From the NCBI GenBank assembly GCA_003971905.1, contig RSEE01000077.1:1-64000 (forward strand): a stretch of 64,000 bases of DNA, in the 5' to 3' direction. This DNA is from Moniliella sp. 'wahieum' (lineage: Eukaryota). Under the pieces are notes generated by a model. It was not told the DNA's origin and ran no database searches. It worked only from the letters and a program-made list of their open reading frames with translations. A program made the translations under genes and the position numbers. Below, piece after piece: positions 48,185 through 61,143 of this stretch (within the stretch, counting starts at the first letter, position 1; the number at the start of each line of letters is the position of its first letter).

Positions 48185-50121
48185 ATGACACCTCCCACCC
48201 CAGTTCCTGCCGCCCTCCAGGCGCAGCTCAAGGACCCGCAGGCTGCCCGCCTCTTGTCACTCGCAGGCGGCACCCTCGTTGCCCTGAGCGCCGGCAGCAA
48301 CTATGCCTTCTCTTCTTTTGCGCCTCAGTTGCAGGAGTCGCTCCACCTCACGTCGACCCAGATCAACATAATTGGTCTTGCAGGCAACATGGGTGTTTAT
48401 CTCTCGGGGCCCCTCTGGGGCACCTGGGTCGACCAGCACGGCCCCCGCCTCGCCCTCTTGTTGGCTGCCAGCCTCGTTGCCCTGGGTTACGGTGGCTTGT
48501 CTTTCTTTGCTCCCAATGGCCCACACAGTGATTCAGGCTCTTCGGCGCTGCAAGAGCCTCCCGAGACGGCCCCCTTACCGTTCTCGCCCCTCTCTTCTTT
48601 GCTCTGGCGACTGGAGTGGCCAACTCGGCGCCTTGGCAGCAAGTATGAACGCTCAGGCCAAGTCATGGGGTGGAAACCGCCGGGGAACGCCACAGGTATT
48701 GTGCTTGCTGGCTTTGGGCTGAGTGCGGCCTTCTACTCGACCTTGAGCTCCACATTCTTTGCCGACAGCCCACGCAACTATCTTCGTTCTATCGCTACCA
48801 TCTCTTTCTTGGCTTTTGTTTCTGGCACATTTGTCATTCGTATCCTGCCCCCCGTCCATCGGCACGCGCACCACCATCACCGTCCTACTCTCCCCCCACT
48901 CAACATGGGCTTCAAGCGGGCGATCACGCCTCAACTTTGCCGGCTCGCGTGCGCACCTTATCGGCCCTCAGTCCCGCTCTCGTTCGCGGTCTCTCTCGCG
49001 GCCTTATACGCGCCGCCGTACCACATCTGAAGTGAGCGCGTTGCCCTGGTCTGGGACCTCGGTAGCATCAGGGGCCAATTCATCTTCCGATTCCGAGGAA
49101 GAGGAGGGTACTACGCTTGCGGCCGACGTTGAGCAATCGGAGGTTATGGCGCGGTGGGGGACCGGTCTAGGACACAGACTCCCTCCCTGGGTCAGCTGGC
49201 CCATAGCCTGCCTAGCGGTGAAGCACTGCCTGATCCGCAGTCCTTGGATATTACCGGTTGGGACCTGCTGCGTGACTATGACTTTTGGCTGCTTTACGCT
49301 CATGGCTATCGTATCGGGCGCTGGACTGTTGCTGATCAACAACGTCGGAACCATCACTCGTACTCTCTACCGATCGGGCCTCAAGCACCCCAAGTCACTC
49401 TTCGCCGAGACAGAGTGGGCGGTGCCTTTGGCGCAGATGCGGTGGCGGCGTTGACTGGCGCGTATGTCCCACTAAAGGGGGGGAAGAAAAAGCAAGCTGA
49501 GCGAGCCGCCGAAGTGCATCGGCTGCAAGCTCAGCAAGTAAGTGCCATCTCGCTTGGTAATGCAGTGGGGCGGATTGCAATCGGTGTGCTGGCCGATTTT
49601 GCTGTGAGCCTGGTGGGAGGACAAGAAGAAATTCGAGTCTGGCTGCTGGCCCCCGTTTGCGCTATGGCAGTTGCCTCGCAACTGTTTGCGGCCTATCCAG
49701 GCGCGGTTGCTACCGTTCCGGCTCTTTGATCCTCAGCAGCTCCACGGGAGTGATGTATGGTACGCTGTTTGGTATTTGCCCCTCGCTCAACCTTGAGTTT
49801 TTTGGCCTGGCCAACTTTAGTGCCAATTGGGGCATCCTTTCTCTTGCCCCCGTTGTGGCCGGCAACACATTTAACCTGATCTTTGGCTCGGTGTACGATT
49901 CGCACGTACGCCAAACTCCCGGCGCCCACGAGTGTCTGCAGGGGGAAGAATGCTACCGCTCCACCTTTGTCATTACGGCCTACTGCGCCATTGCCGCTTG
50001 CGGTCTGGCTGCTGGACTGATCTGGCGGGGGACGCTTTACGTTGTCCTCGTGAAGGCGTCAGACAAAATGAACCACTCCCCCCCAATCCACTCCTGCGAC
50101 CGTTCCCATCATCTTCTCTGA
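48185..50121 (+). CDS. MFS transporter, Mch1/nodulin-like
   Basis: LSAGSNYAFSSFAPQL, GNMGVYLSGPLWG..VD..GPR, GFGLSA, INNVGTI, NWG...APVVAGNTFNLIFG, C..G..CY. Confidence 0.88.
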
Positions 50122-50604
50122 CCGCTATCCCAACTATTGGAACATTTTGCCTTTGTGTCCTCTTCGTTGCCTCTGCTCGCAGGCCTTCAAGTGTAATGAG
50201 CCCCTTTTATCTGCTTTGGACGTGCACACCTCCAGCCCACTAGCGAAATGCATGACCCCCAAAGGGGGGACATCGCCGTGTTGGGACAGGGATTCTGGAG
50301 GGCATGGTATCAGTGGGGCAGACGTGCTGGTACGTGTGCGTAGGCTTATCGGCAGGGATACAGATGCAGGTCACAAGGGTGGGGCAAACTGTGGCAAGCG
50401 CCATGGCGTGCCAGCGCTGACATAAGAAGGGCGCTGCCGCCCATTCACGCACAGGGGCGGTGCGGATGGGAGAGTGGGTGGGGCGGCGGGCGGCGCAGTG
50501 CGGGGGAACAGGAGATGCGTGGGGGCTAAAGTTTGTGGATCCTCCTGGGCCGCCCAACACCACCGCCATCGCCATCCCCCCCAGCGCCTGTGCGGCATCC
50601 AGCC

Positions 50605-53600
50605 ATGGCCCAGGCTACGCCCCGCGTCGCCATCGCCATCGCCCGCGCCCCCACCCCGCACACACGACCCCGCCGCCCTCCCGGCGCCCGCCTTACGAGT
50701 CGGACCTGGGCATCGACCTGACGTCCCTGCAGACCGAGCTGGCACGCCATGCCAAGCTCGCCAACCGTGCATCACGCGCCCCCTCCCGCCTTGGCTCGGC
50801 TCCATGGAGGATGACGCCATCCGCTTCCCTACCGCGCTCAGGGCTCCGCCCCCGGCTCGTAGCACGTCGGCATCGCATCCATCCAGCCCCTCTGTCTTCC
50901 ACCGACTCCAGCTCGGACACAGGTTCAGACAGGAAACTGAAGGCGACTCGGACGCATACGAACATCTGCCGCGCTACGAGCTACAGGCCATGCTCCGAGA
51001 AGCTAAGCGCATGATCAAGCAGCGCGAGCGCGACCTCGAACTAGCAGCTCGCGTGGGTACCGCACTGGTCAATCGCAATTTGAGTTTAACCAAGCATTCC
51101 AACCACTCCCGCACCTCCTCCCCACCAGTCGCGGTCATCACTCTGTTGCAGGGTCCCAACAGCGCCCGTATACCCATTCTCATACCCATCTGATTCCCGC
51201 TTCCACCCCACTCCACCCCACTCCCACTCCACTCATTCCCGCACCCACTCTTCTGTCCATACCCGTACCCTCAGTGACATGCTCAGCGACCAGCCGTCGC
51301 GCTCCCCAGCCCGGCATTTACCTCAGATCGGTCATGACCACCGCCTGCGCCACACTTCCTCCTTGTCCGTTGATTCGACCAACTCAATGGACCTTCATAC
51401 CCACGACTACTTTGGATCACTCGGCCGGTCTCCCCTCGCCAGGGATGGTCATGGACCTGGCGGCCACCACAGCCGAAGTGTATCGGATATGAGCAGTGCC
51501 TTCTCCGAGCATAGTTCTGCTATGTGGCCCAATCTGGGTGACGACACCTTAGTGGCGCTATCCCCCAACCTGGTACGGGACCCGATGGCCACCATGCCCC
51601 GTCTGCCCGGCTCAAGTTTGACGACGACGAAGTAACGCGGGCTCATGCCCGCGAGGCGGAGACGCAACGCCGATTGGCATCGTTGACGGAAGAAAATTCG
51701 ATCCTGCTCGAGCACTAACTCAGCTTCAAAACGAAACCGAACGCAATCATCGGGACGGAGGGCGTAAGCTTCGTTCGTTGGATCACGAACTGCAAGAGCT
51801 GCGAGACGAGTTGGATGCCGTCATGGAACGCAATGCCGAGCTCGAGCTACAGACCAAGACCCAACAGACTTCCTTAGACCTGCATTCCCCCAATACCCCT
51901 GACCGGTCTGGGTCCGCTGAGCATCATCATGGGTGGTACACCGAACTCTTATGGCTGGTCTTGACTCGCTGCACGACCTGCAAGGCGTGCTCCCCCTTGG
52001 CCCGCACTCCACCCAAGAACAAAAAGCACCCTTGAGCCCCACCACCACCACGCATCCGCCCTGGATGGGGACGAAGATTTGACCATGGTCGCGCCCAATG
52101 ACGATCCTGTTACTATGCCCGCGGCACCCTATCCACCAACCAAGGCGAGAAGAGCATGTCGAGTGATGATATGGGCCATGGCGAGGCTGGCATGAGCAGT
52201 GTAGCCGTGGAGTCACAATGCTGCCCTTCGCAAGTTCGCTTCGGGGCGGGGCCATTCGCGACACACTTCCCATGCATCACACGCTTCTACGCATCGCATA
52301 CATCACATACATCGGCAGAGCGAGGCACGGGCCAACCAAGAGGAAATGGACCAGCTCGTCAAGCGTCTCTTGGCCAAGATCGAGGAGCTGGAGAAGACCA
52401 ATCTGGAAATGACCCGAGCCGGATATGCTATGGACGGTCGCCTGGGTCAAGCATTGAGGACAATGAACGGTTAAGGGATGCGTACCAAGCCATTGAAGGT
52501 GGTAGTGGACCGTTCGATTCCAGTCATACCAGCATAACAAGCCCTCTACCGCAGACACCGCGTTCTTACAAGCCCAGCGAGCGCGGGGTTGGCAATCGGT
52601 ATGCCATTGCAGCGCAACGATTGGTCAACGATGTGATCCAGACCGAACTTGATCCTTCTTCCCCCGAAGCCGAGAGGGAGAGCGAAAGGGCATCATCCGA
52701 AGCGGACACGGAGGTGGCGGTGCAATCGCCGTTGCAGTTCGTTCGGACAGGGGGGAGGGAGACCATACGATGGAGGTGATGGACATGTTGCGTGAGATCG
52801 ATGAGCTCCGCCTGGGTCCCGAGGAGGGGGGTAATGACGAGTAATTGGACCCAGGCCGATGAGTTGCAAGCGGAAATGGAGGACGACATTGCCTTGGTTG
52901 CAGCTGGTGACGGCGGTACTCATCCGACCACAGTGGAAGATGCGGAAGACGAGGACGATGTTCATCCTGAACATGCGGAAGCACGACTTCGTTCTTTCCT
53001 TGGCCAAGACCTGGAGGGCACAAGTCATGATGACGAGCACGTGTTGCCCTTGGGTGCTCTGCGTAAGCCGACGGTAGGCACGACGGCCGATGGGTATGAC
53101 TTGATCAGTGCGCGACCAAACGCTGCCCCTTATTATGGGCTGATGACGAGGACTACGGTAAACCCATCACGTTGCAGCAAGCGGCCGAATACGGACTGAT
53201 TGACCGCCGTAGCGCTCGGGGCCTAGTGGGAAGCGGATGGATGATCTTTGTTGCGCTGCGTCGGGCTTTGGGCCTGTTGCCCTACACTGAGCGCAAGAGG
53301 GTCACTTCCATCAAGCCTACTACTGACCTAGGCCGTGCCTTAGCCCTCACTCCCAATCCACCGCATCTTCGCATCCAGAGCGCTGACCAACTCGAGGCCG
53401 AGGCCGAGTTGCACCGTCTCCTCCACATGCGTCGCCTGGAATTTGAGAAAGCGGTTCGCCGCATGCGCCGTCGCTCCTCTTCGTCCGTCGCTGCACCCTC
53501 TCTGGGAGCAAACACGCGGAGTTCAACGGTGACCTCCCCCTCGACGGTTTCCGTGTCGCAGGGCTTGTCCAACTCCCTTTCGCTCCAGACTTCCCCTACG

Positions 53601-54193
53601 TACGACCGGGGTAAGGGGAAGGCCAGGGAGTTGTCTTCCCCCCTTGGAATGGTGTCGCGCGCAAGCACGCGGTGGGATGTCCCGATTGAAGTATCGGATT
53701 TACCCGATTACCGTGGGCGTCCCAATACGTCCTTGTCCTACGCCAGCACCAGTGGCTGATTGACGAAGCGACCGACCGCATGTATGTTAAAATGCCCAAG
53801 CCCAAGTCGAGGCAGGTGACCCATACCAAGAAGCTGCCCACATCGTTGAGCCCCTTGGCCGCGACGGGCATGAAAAGCGAAAAGTCACTTTTGTTCCAAG
53901 CTGTGTCGGAGCCGCAGACGGTGGTTGCGAATGCTAAAGCCAAGGTGGATGCCGTTTCCAATGAAGTGGCTACGATGGTGTCGACGTGGGCCACCTTTAC
54001 CTCCATCATTGTCTGCGCTGGGGTGTACATGCTATCGTACGTCCCCCTTCTCTCTTTTACCTCAACAGATAGAATGGCTGACCGGATGATTCGCTTGTCA
54101 CCAAAGGCATGGCCCCCGTCGGGTGTTAACACTGCGCCAGAACCCGATACCCAGTCGGTCATCTCCACCTTGACTCACAAAGCTACTGATTAG
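50605..54193 (+). CDS. Large coiled-coil protein with a CC1-box-like motif and a C-terminal hydrophobic segment
   Basis: Contiguous frameshifted ORFs; QRERDLELAARVGTALVNRN at ~51019-51080; further heptad segments ~51670-51870 and ~52320-52500; WATFTSIIVCAGVYML near 53990-54035. Confidence 0.65.
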
Positions 54194-54327
54194 CTTTGCA
54201 TCGTTTGTTTGTTTTACGATGCTGTCCCCGCGTTTTTTCTTTTCTTTTCGCTGTTTTGCTTGTCTCCTTTCACTCTGGTTCCTCGGCTGTTCTCCTTGAC
54301 GTTTCGCCACGTCCCGGATGCCTTGCC

Positions 54328-55090
54328 TTACCTGTCCTCCTGTGACATGTGACATGTGAGTGGCGACCCATCTCCCTCGTTCCTTTCGGTTTCCAGGCTT
54401 CTTCCTACGCATGTGGTCGCCGCTGTGGACGATTTGAACCTTGGCTTTTTTTTCTTTTTTCCCCTTTGCCGGGCACATAAGTCGAGACTACTACGAGTAC
54501 CAACCCTCTCCTGTGTGGTTTTTGTCTTCTTGCTCCCCATACACATTCCCCCCTGTTCTTCTTCTTGGCAATACCCTCCTGATACTACCCCTCCCTCCTC
54601 CGCTCTACTTCTACCCTGGATGACTCCTTTGCCCCCCATTTCATTTTTTACGATCGCTCTGTTGAGTACGCGCTGCACGACCTCTCCCACTTGCCCCTTG
54701 TCTGTCAACCCATTCCATTCCATCCGAGCTCTTTTTCTGCCCTGCTCCTCCCATTCTGGAGATACAGCATCTTGAGCGCAAGTAGTTTTCGATCGGAAGA
54801 AACAGCTTGGGCTCATGGAATGGACAATGGAGAATGGACCTTGGAATCAAGGCGGAATCGATTTGATGAAGATTTTGAAGCTTGTGAGCGCTGAGCCTGG
54901 TCAGCTTGATGCTTGTGATGTTTGTGAAGCTTGGACCAACCGAGACGCCTTCGGAACTGGGACAAGATCTAAGGTCTAGGATCCTTGGCAACCCCGAGGC
55001 GATGCAATGATTACGCTGATGCAACGCTGGAATTTGGAAGAGTTCGTATAAGATGGCGGCCGGGATGGCCAAAAGGTAATAGTAGAGCAT
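54328..55090 (-). CDS. Hypothetical protein
   Basis: MLYYYLLAIPAAILY hydrophobic start; overlapping minus-strand ORFs with coding-like composition; no recognisable domain. Confidence 0.3.
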
Positions 55091-55824
55091 AGGTGATAGG
55101 AGTAGGAACAACAGTAGGAGCGGGGGGGGAGGTTTCTCTCTTCAATTCAGCTTCACCAATACCAACACCAGCACCAGCTCACTGACCGGTCCCCTGAGGC
55201 CTGACCGATCACTATCAAGTTGATCTGTCAAGATCAAATCCGACACCTGCCCACACCCGAGCAGTTTGTCCAAGCCGAAGCGTCACTTCTGACAGCGAAG
55301 GCTGAGCTGACGGCTGACGGTGCGACGGCTGACGGCTGACGGCTGGGTGCGCGAAGCAACCCCCATTTGGGCGATACCTGAGCTAGCTATACCCAAGTCT
55401 AGTAACTGCTGGGGTACTCAGGCTGAGTACTGGTACTGACCTCCCCAAAATCCCGTTGGATGGGCAGCCAAGGGTGCGTAAAAAATGGTACGGCACGGCA
55501 CGGTGGAGGTGGAGGTGGACCTATACTGCGCCTGCATGTTGCATCGATAGAAATCCAATCCATAACCAAACCCGTGGTACCACTGTAGGCAGGCGATCGC
55601 TCCTACCCGAGTACTGAGTTCAGTACAGAGGAGACACAGTCCGGAAACAACACAGCAGACACAAAACGGAATACAAGAAAGGTCGCCTCTTCCCGCCAGC
55701 CGCATCGCACAGCACTTCCCAACCAGGTGACACAGGTGCAGGCACAGGCACATAGGCACATAGGCACATAGGCATAGAGGCACATCCGCCCATGCACATC
55801 TGCCCTGGACTCGAGGCTAATTAA

Positions 55825-57255
55825 TCATTGCTGGAACGGCTGAGGCTTGTTCCAGGACAAGTGCTTGGGGTCGCCCAAACGTTTGGGGCTGAACAATTGC
55901 AGAAGCGTAATGGTCAGGGCGATGGCAAAGCAAAATGCCGCGACGGAGAACATGGAAATTCCCAAAAAGTGGTTACGGCCTCCGGTCCAGTTGGCCGTAG
56001 AGATAACAAAGCTCTTGGTTCCCTTGAAGCGCGCGACGGGGTAATTGTCTTCGACTTGGACGCGGTATATGCCCGCGGTGAGGTCCTGATCGTCATTGCG
56101 CATATACAGTTGCGCAGCACGGTAGCCCGGCCGTGCGCATCCACACAGCAAAGTGCTCGTTGCCTTCGGGATTAAAGAAATTGGTCTCATTGTACATGCC
56201 CGACGGAATCCCAAATCGGCCCTTGGCACCTTGCCAATCGGAGGCGGCGCCACATCATCGTACCGGTACTTGGACCGAATGTACTTCTTCATCTCGCCGG
56301 ACCAGACAATGCCCTTCTCACTCATGGGGACGTTGTCACCCCCACGTCCGTCCCGGCCAGACAGACGCTGAATCGGGGTAAAACGTATCTACAATACAGG
56401 GTTAGCCCAGGCGCAACAGAAGCAAATGGAAAAAGACAGAGAAGGCGCAAAAGAAGAGAGAGAAGAGAAACGAACCATTAAACACGCTGTTGGGGATCAA
56501 ACCACAGGGGTAGATGGGCACTTCGATCGTGCTCCCATTGGGGTAGGTGCGGTAAAAGTTATGGACAGGCTTGCAGGTCTGCTTCTTGAGCTTGTGAACC
56601 GAACGGCGGTGACCAAGAAGCTGATCGTAATCCATCGAGCGCAGGTAACGCGGGGGCTTGTAATAGTTGGTCAATTTGTAGTAGAAAAACACGGACTTTT
56701 TCATGTCGAGCGGGACATAAAAGTCCACCTGGCACACTTTCCCATTGGGTGCGCTCGGACTGTCAACCCAGGACCATTGCGGGGCAGGCCACGAGGAGGA
56801 AGCATTAGGAGCCTGTCGGCATCGACACGGTACTCGTACTTGGGCATCGGCTCGGGAGTTGCACTTTGACGGAAACAGTCCGTGTAGTCAAACGTCAACT
56901 CGTTGACTTTTGGCTGTCGACATAGAGCACCGCCCCGAGCGGCGCAAGCAGGACCGCAGCAAAGAAGAAGATGCAGATGGCGAGATTAGGGGTGAAGATG
57001 GGTTCCCATCGGGAAGACGCTGTTGGCGCAGGCGCGAGTCTAGGCAGGCGGACGCGCGGGTGAGGAGGGACGTGGGACGGGGAGCACGTGGTCAGCAGCA
57101 GTACGTAGCAGCGCTTGGACATGTACATGGGCAGGAGGGACATCGCGTACCGAGTGGAGGCTTTCGAGGAAGCTTTTCTTCTGCTTGCTGGCGGAGGTGG
57201 CGGAGCGATTGGACTGGGAGTCGTCGTCCTTGGGCTTGCGCTTGAAGAGAGCCAT
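55825..57255 (-). CDS. Cdc50/Lem3 flippase beta subunit
   Basis: WEPIFTP + TM, FDYTDC, VFFYYKLTNYY, IYPCGLIPNSVFN, EHFAVWMRT, WTGGRNHFLG + TM, RLGDPKHLSWN. Confidence 0.92.
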
Positions 57256-57787
57256 GGGGGGCAAGGGGGGCCAGAGCTGCCGCAACGGCGATGGAGGGGG
57301 TGGGGGTGGGGGTGGGGGTGGAGATGAGAGGAGGAGGCCGAGGGGGAGGCCGAGGGGGAGGCAGACGGAGGGAGATGGAGGCAGGGGAGGTGGCAGAGGT
57401 GGCAGCGGGGCAAGAACCGGAGCGGGCGTGGCAAAATGCGCAGCCGCCCTGGAGCGCTTCAAGAGCAGCTTGACCAATCAATCCGTCCAGCCCGTCCCGT
57501 CCGCGCCCATCCCATCCCATCTACTGGCTGGCCCGTCACGCGTCACTGTCACGCCGCGGCGCTACCCACGCGCGCGGCCTCCGGCGCACCGCGGAGACGG
57601 CGGTGCTTAGGTCATCCCCGCACTGCCCCCGTGCCGCCGCGCACAGCGGCTCCGGCTACGTACCATCTGAGATCTGACCCATCCACTATCCCCACACGTC
57701 ACGTGACCCTCTTCTACCGCTCCACTGATCGCCTGGTTGCGTCTGTGCTTCTGCAGCCTCCAGGATCTAACCCCTCCCTCATTCCCC

Positions 57788-59308
57788 ATGGCCACCCCGG
57801 CGTGGCGGCGGCGCTGGCTCCCACCCGCCGAGGAGAGGCGATACTCGACTTCTCTCCACAGGATGCATGGCAGGTGCAAGTGCCGTCGCTGCTGATGCTG
57901 CTGGGCGTACTGCCTGTTGCGCGTGCCGCGTTCGCAAGGCCGCCGGCTGGGTGCTGGCCTTGGCCACCTGGTCCGTGTTCATCTACTCGCTCACCCAGTT
58001 TCGCATCCACATCCCCGTCGAAGGCGTGGGCAGGGAGGTCAGCCCGCGCTGATGGGCTTGTTCTGGTGCATGCAGGCGGCGGTCCAGATGATTCGAGCGG
58101 CCCAGTGGGTCTTTCTTCCTGGTGCGCCCGACCCGATGTTGCATCCGCTCGCGAGAGTGGGAGCGGTGCGCCTCCCGCTTCGGACGAGGACAACAGCCTC
58201 GTTGGCCGCCCGAGATGCCCACTCTGCCCGAGTGGGACTGCTTCTCAATGTGCGTGGCCTGCGCCGCGGGGCACGACTGCGCGAGCTAACCCGGGCGGAA
58301 GAGAGGTCGTTCTGGGCAGCCAAACTGACGTTTGTCCTGCGCCGTGCCGTGTATGGAGCGTGGTGTTTGGCGTGGGTAGATGTGGCAGACAGCCTTCTCA
58401 AGTCGCCGTTGGTGTACCCGCCTGCGCGCCGTGCCGAGCCAGCGTCATCTTCGCTGCCAAGGACGGTGTCCTGGGCTGGGCCGGGCCGTACGTACTTGCG
58501 ATCTGCATCGCCGTCGCCGTCAACATGCTCGTCCAAGGAAGTTTTTCCCTCTTATCCGCCGTATATGCCCTACTGCATCCCAACCCCGACTTGCATGCTT
58601 GGTCGCCGCTTCCGGTCCATCGCTTGGGCCTCGCCACCTCGCTCACCAACCTGTGGGGACGGCACTGGCACCAAATGCTTCGCCAAGTTTTCCTGATTGG
58701 TGCGCGGGGGGCCAGCGAGCCACCGTCCCCTCGTAGGTCGGCGCCTGGCACGGCTACTGGGCGTTCTGTCGGCTTTTGCACTCAGTGGATTCGCCCATGA
58801 GTGGGGACAACTCTACATGCGTTCTCCTGGGTACCCACACCAACCGTTTGGTCCTACTTTTCTCTTCTTTCTGGGCCAAGGCGTGCTGGTCGTGGGCGAG
58901 CAGTTGTTCACGGCCGCTACGGGCGTACCCGTCGGCGGCCCGCTCGGATGGCTCTGGACCAACGTCTCGCTCGTCCTGTGGGGGACACTCGTTCCTATGG
59001 AGTACGTTTTCGTTGAGTCCGTGGGGGAAGAAGAGGGCTGGGGAGGGCACAGACAGATTGCTGACCTCTCTTGTTGACTTCAGATCTGGTTCCAATATGG
59101 GGTGAGTAGAGACGTGTCTCGGTTTCCTAGATGGGGGGCGTGCGGGATTTCGTTGCGCAACTGACTTTGTCCTTTTCTGCTCCAGCTTGGCGCCAGTGCC
59201 TTTTCTTTCCGTCTCTCGCAGCCTATTGTGGACAGCTCGTCGCGTGGGGCAGCAGTAGCTGGCACCAAGAGAAGTCTTAGAACCCGTAAACCAACGTGGG
59301 ATGGGTAG
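57788..59308 (+). CDS. MBOAT_2 / wax-synthase-type membrane O-acyltransferase
   Basis: LATSLTNLWGRHWHQMLR, AFALSGFAHE, FFLGQG, GWLWT; introns 59002-59083 and ~59102-59186. Confidence 0.85.
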
Positions 59309-59623
59309 TGTCCTGACAATCTTTTGCCTGTCTTAACGCCCGGTCGGCGCTACGCTACTGCATGCAGCAGCATCTTCCCTTTTCTCCCCATTTTTTCGTA
59401 AAAAACGCGGTTTTGGCCCTGTGCCGCCTTTGGTGGCGTGGGATTTTTCCGGTCCAAAACACAAAACGTCGTTCGGATAGCTATCACGTCTCTCTGTGTA
59501 GGGGCAAGCTGCAAGTCGGTCCAACGACGATAAATGGGGATGCACAAAATCACCTTGAACGAGCTGATGTACAGCACAACATAGAAATGCCAATCAGCTC
59601 ATGGCAGTTTGGCCACAACGGCC

Positions 59624-61143
59624 TCAAGCCTCCTTGAAGACCTTAGACCCTGGGCTAGCTCCTCCTTGGAGATGGTGAGCGGGGGGATAAAGCGGATCGT
59701 GTCCTGGGTAGACGTAGAGAGCAAGAGCACCCCCCGATCGAGGCATTCTTGGTAATCTGAGGCGCCAATTGCGGTTTGCCCGTAGGCTCCACTTCAAACG
59801 GAACCAGTTGCCCCGGTGCCGCCTGCGGCGCCGCCAGCCCATCTTGAGCCGCGGAAAATTGGAGGCCAACCATGAGTCCTTGCCCACGAATGTCCTGGAT
59901 CAAGTTGCCGGCCTTGGTCCCACTGTTCTTCAAGGCAACCAAAAAGTCAAACAGTTCCTTGCTCCGCGCATTCACATTGTCCAGGACCTTCTCTTCCTCG
60001 AACGCATCCACCACCGCCTCGGCCGCGGCGCAGGCCACGGCGTTACCAGCATACGTGCCCCCGGCCGAGCCGACCGGTTGCTTGTCCATTAGTTCCTTGG
60101 GCGCGACAATCATCGAGAGGGGGAACCCATTGGCCAACCCCTTGGCGCTGATCAGCACATCCGGACGCACTCCCGAGTACTCCACAGCAAACATCTTGCC
60201 CGTACGGCCAAAGCCAGATTGGACTTCGTCCACGACAAGCAGGATGCCATGCTGGTCACAAATCTCGCGCAGGCCCTTCAAAAAGGGTGTCGGTGTCGGC
60301 ACGTAGCCTCCTTCGCCCAGTACTCCCTCCACCACAATCGCGGCCGTGTCCTTAGGCGCCGACTGCTGTTGGAGCAGCTGACGCAGATTGTGGAGACACA
60401 TGGTGCTCATCGTCTCCTCGTCCGTGTCCGGTGTCACACCCAACTGCGAGTAGTAAGGGTAAGGGGGGTGAACACACCCGGCTAAGAACAAGGGAAGAAA
60501 GGAAAGAAGGGAGAAAAAAGAAAGAACGAAAGGATGGCAGGAAGCAAGGGGTTAGCAGGGCATGGCAAAAGGGGGTAGAAACGTACCATGTTGGGCAGCG
60601 TACCGGCGCGGTACACCGTCTTGGAGGTGGTCATGGCCATGGCGCCCTGGGTACGGCCATGGTAGGAACCTTGCATAACAATAATGTTCTGACGATTGGT
60701 TGCGAGTCGAGCGAGCTTGACAGCGGCCTCGACGGCCTCGGATCCCGAGTTCCAGAAGAAGATGGTGTCGAGGGACGGGTGCGGGAGAATGGGGAGGATC
60801 TTCTTGGTGGCATTGATCTGGGCCTGGGAGTAGGCAATGCTCACTTGGGCATGCACGATGGACTGGACCTGCTTGACGGCGGCCGCGGTGACTTTGGGAT
60901 GGCAGTGGCCCAGGTTGGTGACGCCAATGCCGGAAGTAAGGTCGAGAAGCTCTTGCCCTGGTCGGTGGTGACCCAGGAGCCGTTGCCCGAGACGAGGACG
61001 TGCTTGCTCAGGCGGCTGATGGCCGAGGTGAGGTGCTGCTCGCCAAAGGCGGCAGCGGGGGAGAGCTGCGAGAGGGTGCGGGCGGGCAGCGTGCGGGGCA
61101 GCGTGCGGGCAGCGGAGCGGAGGGCGGTGGGGAGGCGGGGCAT
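59624..61143 (-). CDS. Class-III PLP aminotransferase (GabT/ArgD-like), probable mitochondrial presequence
   Basis: GIGVTNLGHCHP, NSGSEAVEAA, SYHGRT, VVDEVQSGFGRTG, SAKGLANGFP, GGTYAGN; intron ~60483-60586. Confidence 0.93.

Noticed and set aside
57436..58800. 454-aa ORF as a separate protein
   Set aside because: A composite of in-frame and out-of-frame parts of the frameshifted MBOAT_2 gene plus upstream GC-rich DNA.
2753..59308. Lipid gene cluster (FAA1, EPT1, Cdc50, MBOAT_2)
   Set aside because: Spread over 56 kb among unrelated housekeeping genes; no backbone synthase or cluster regulator.
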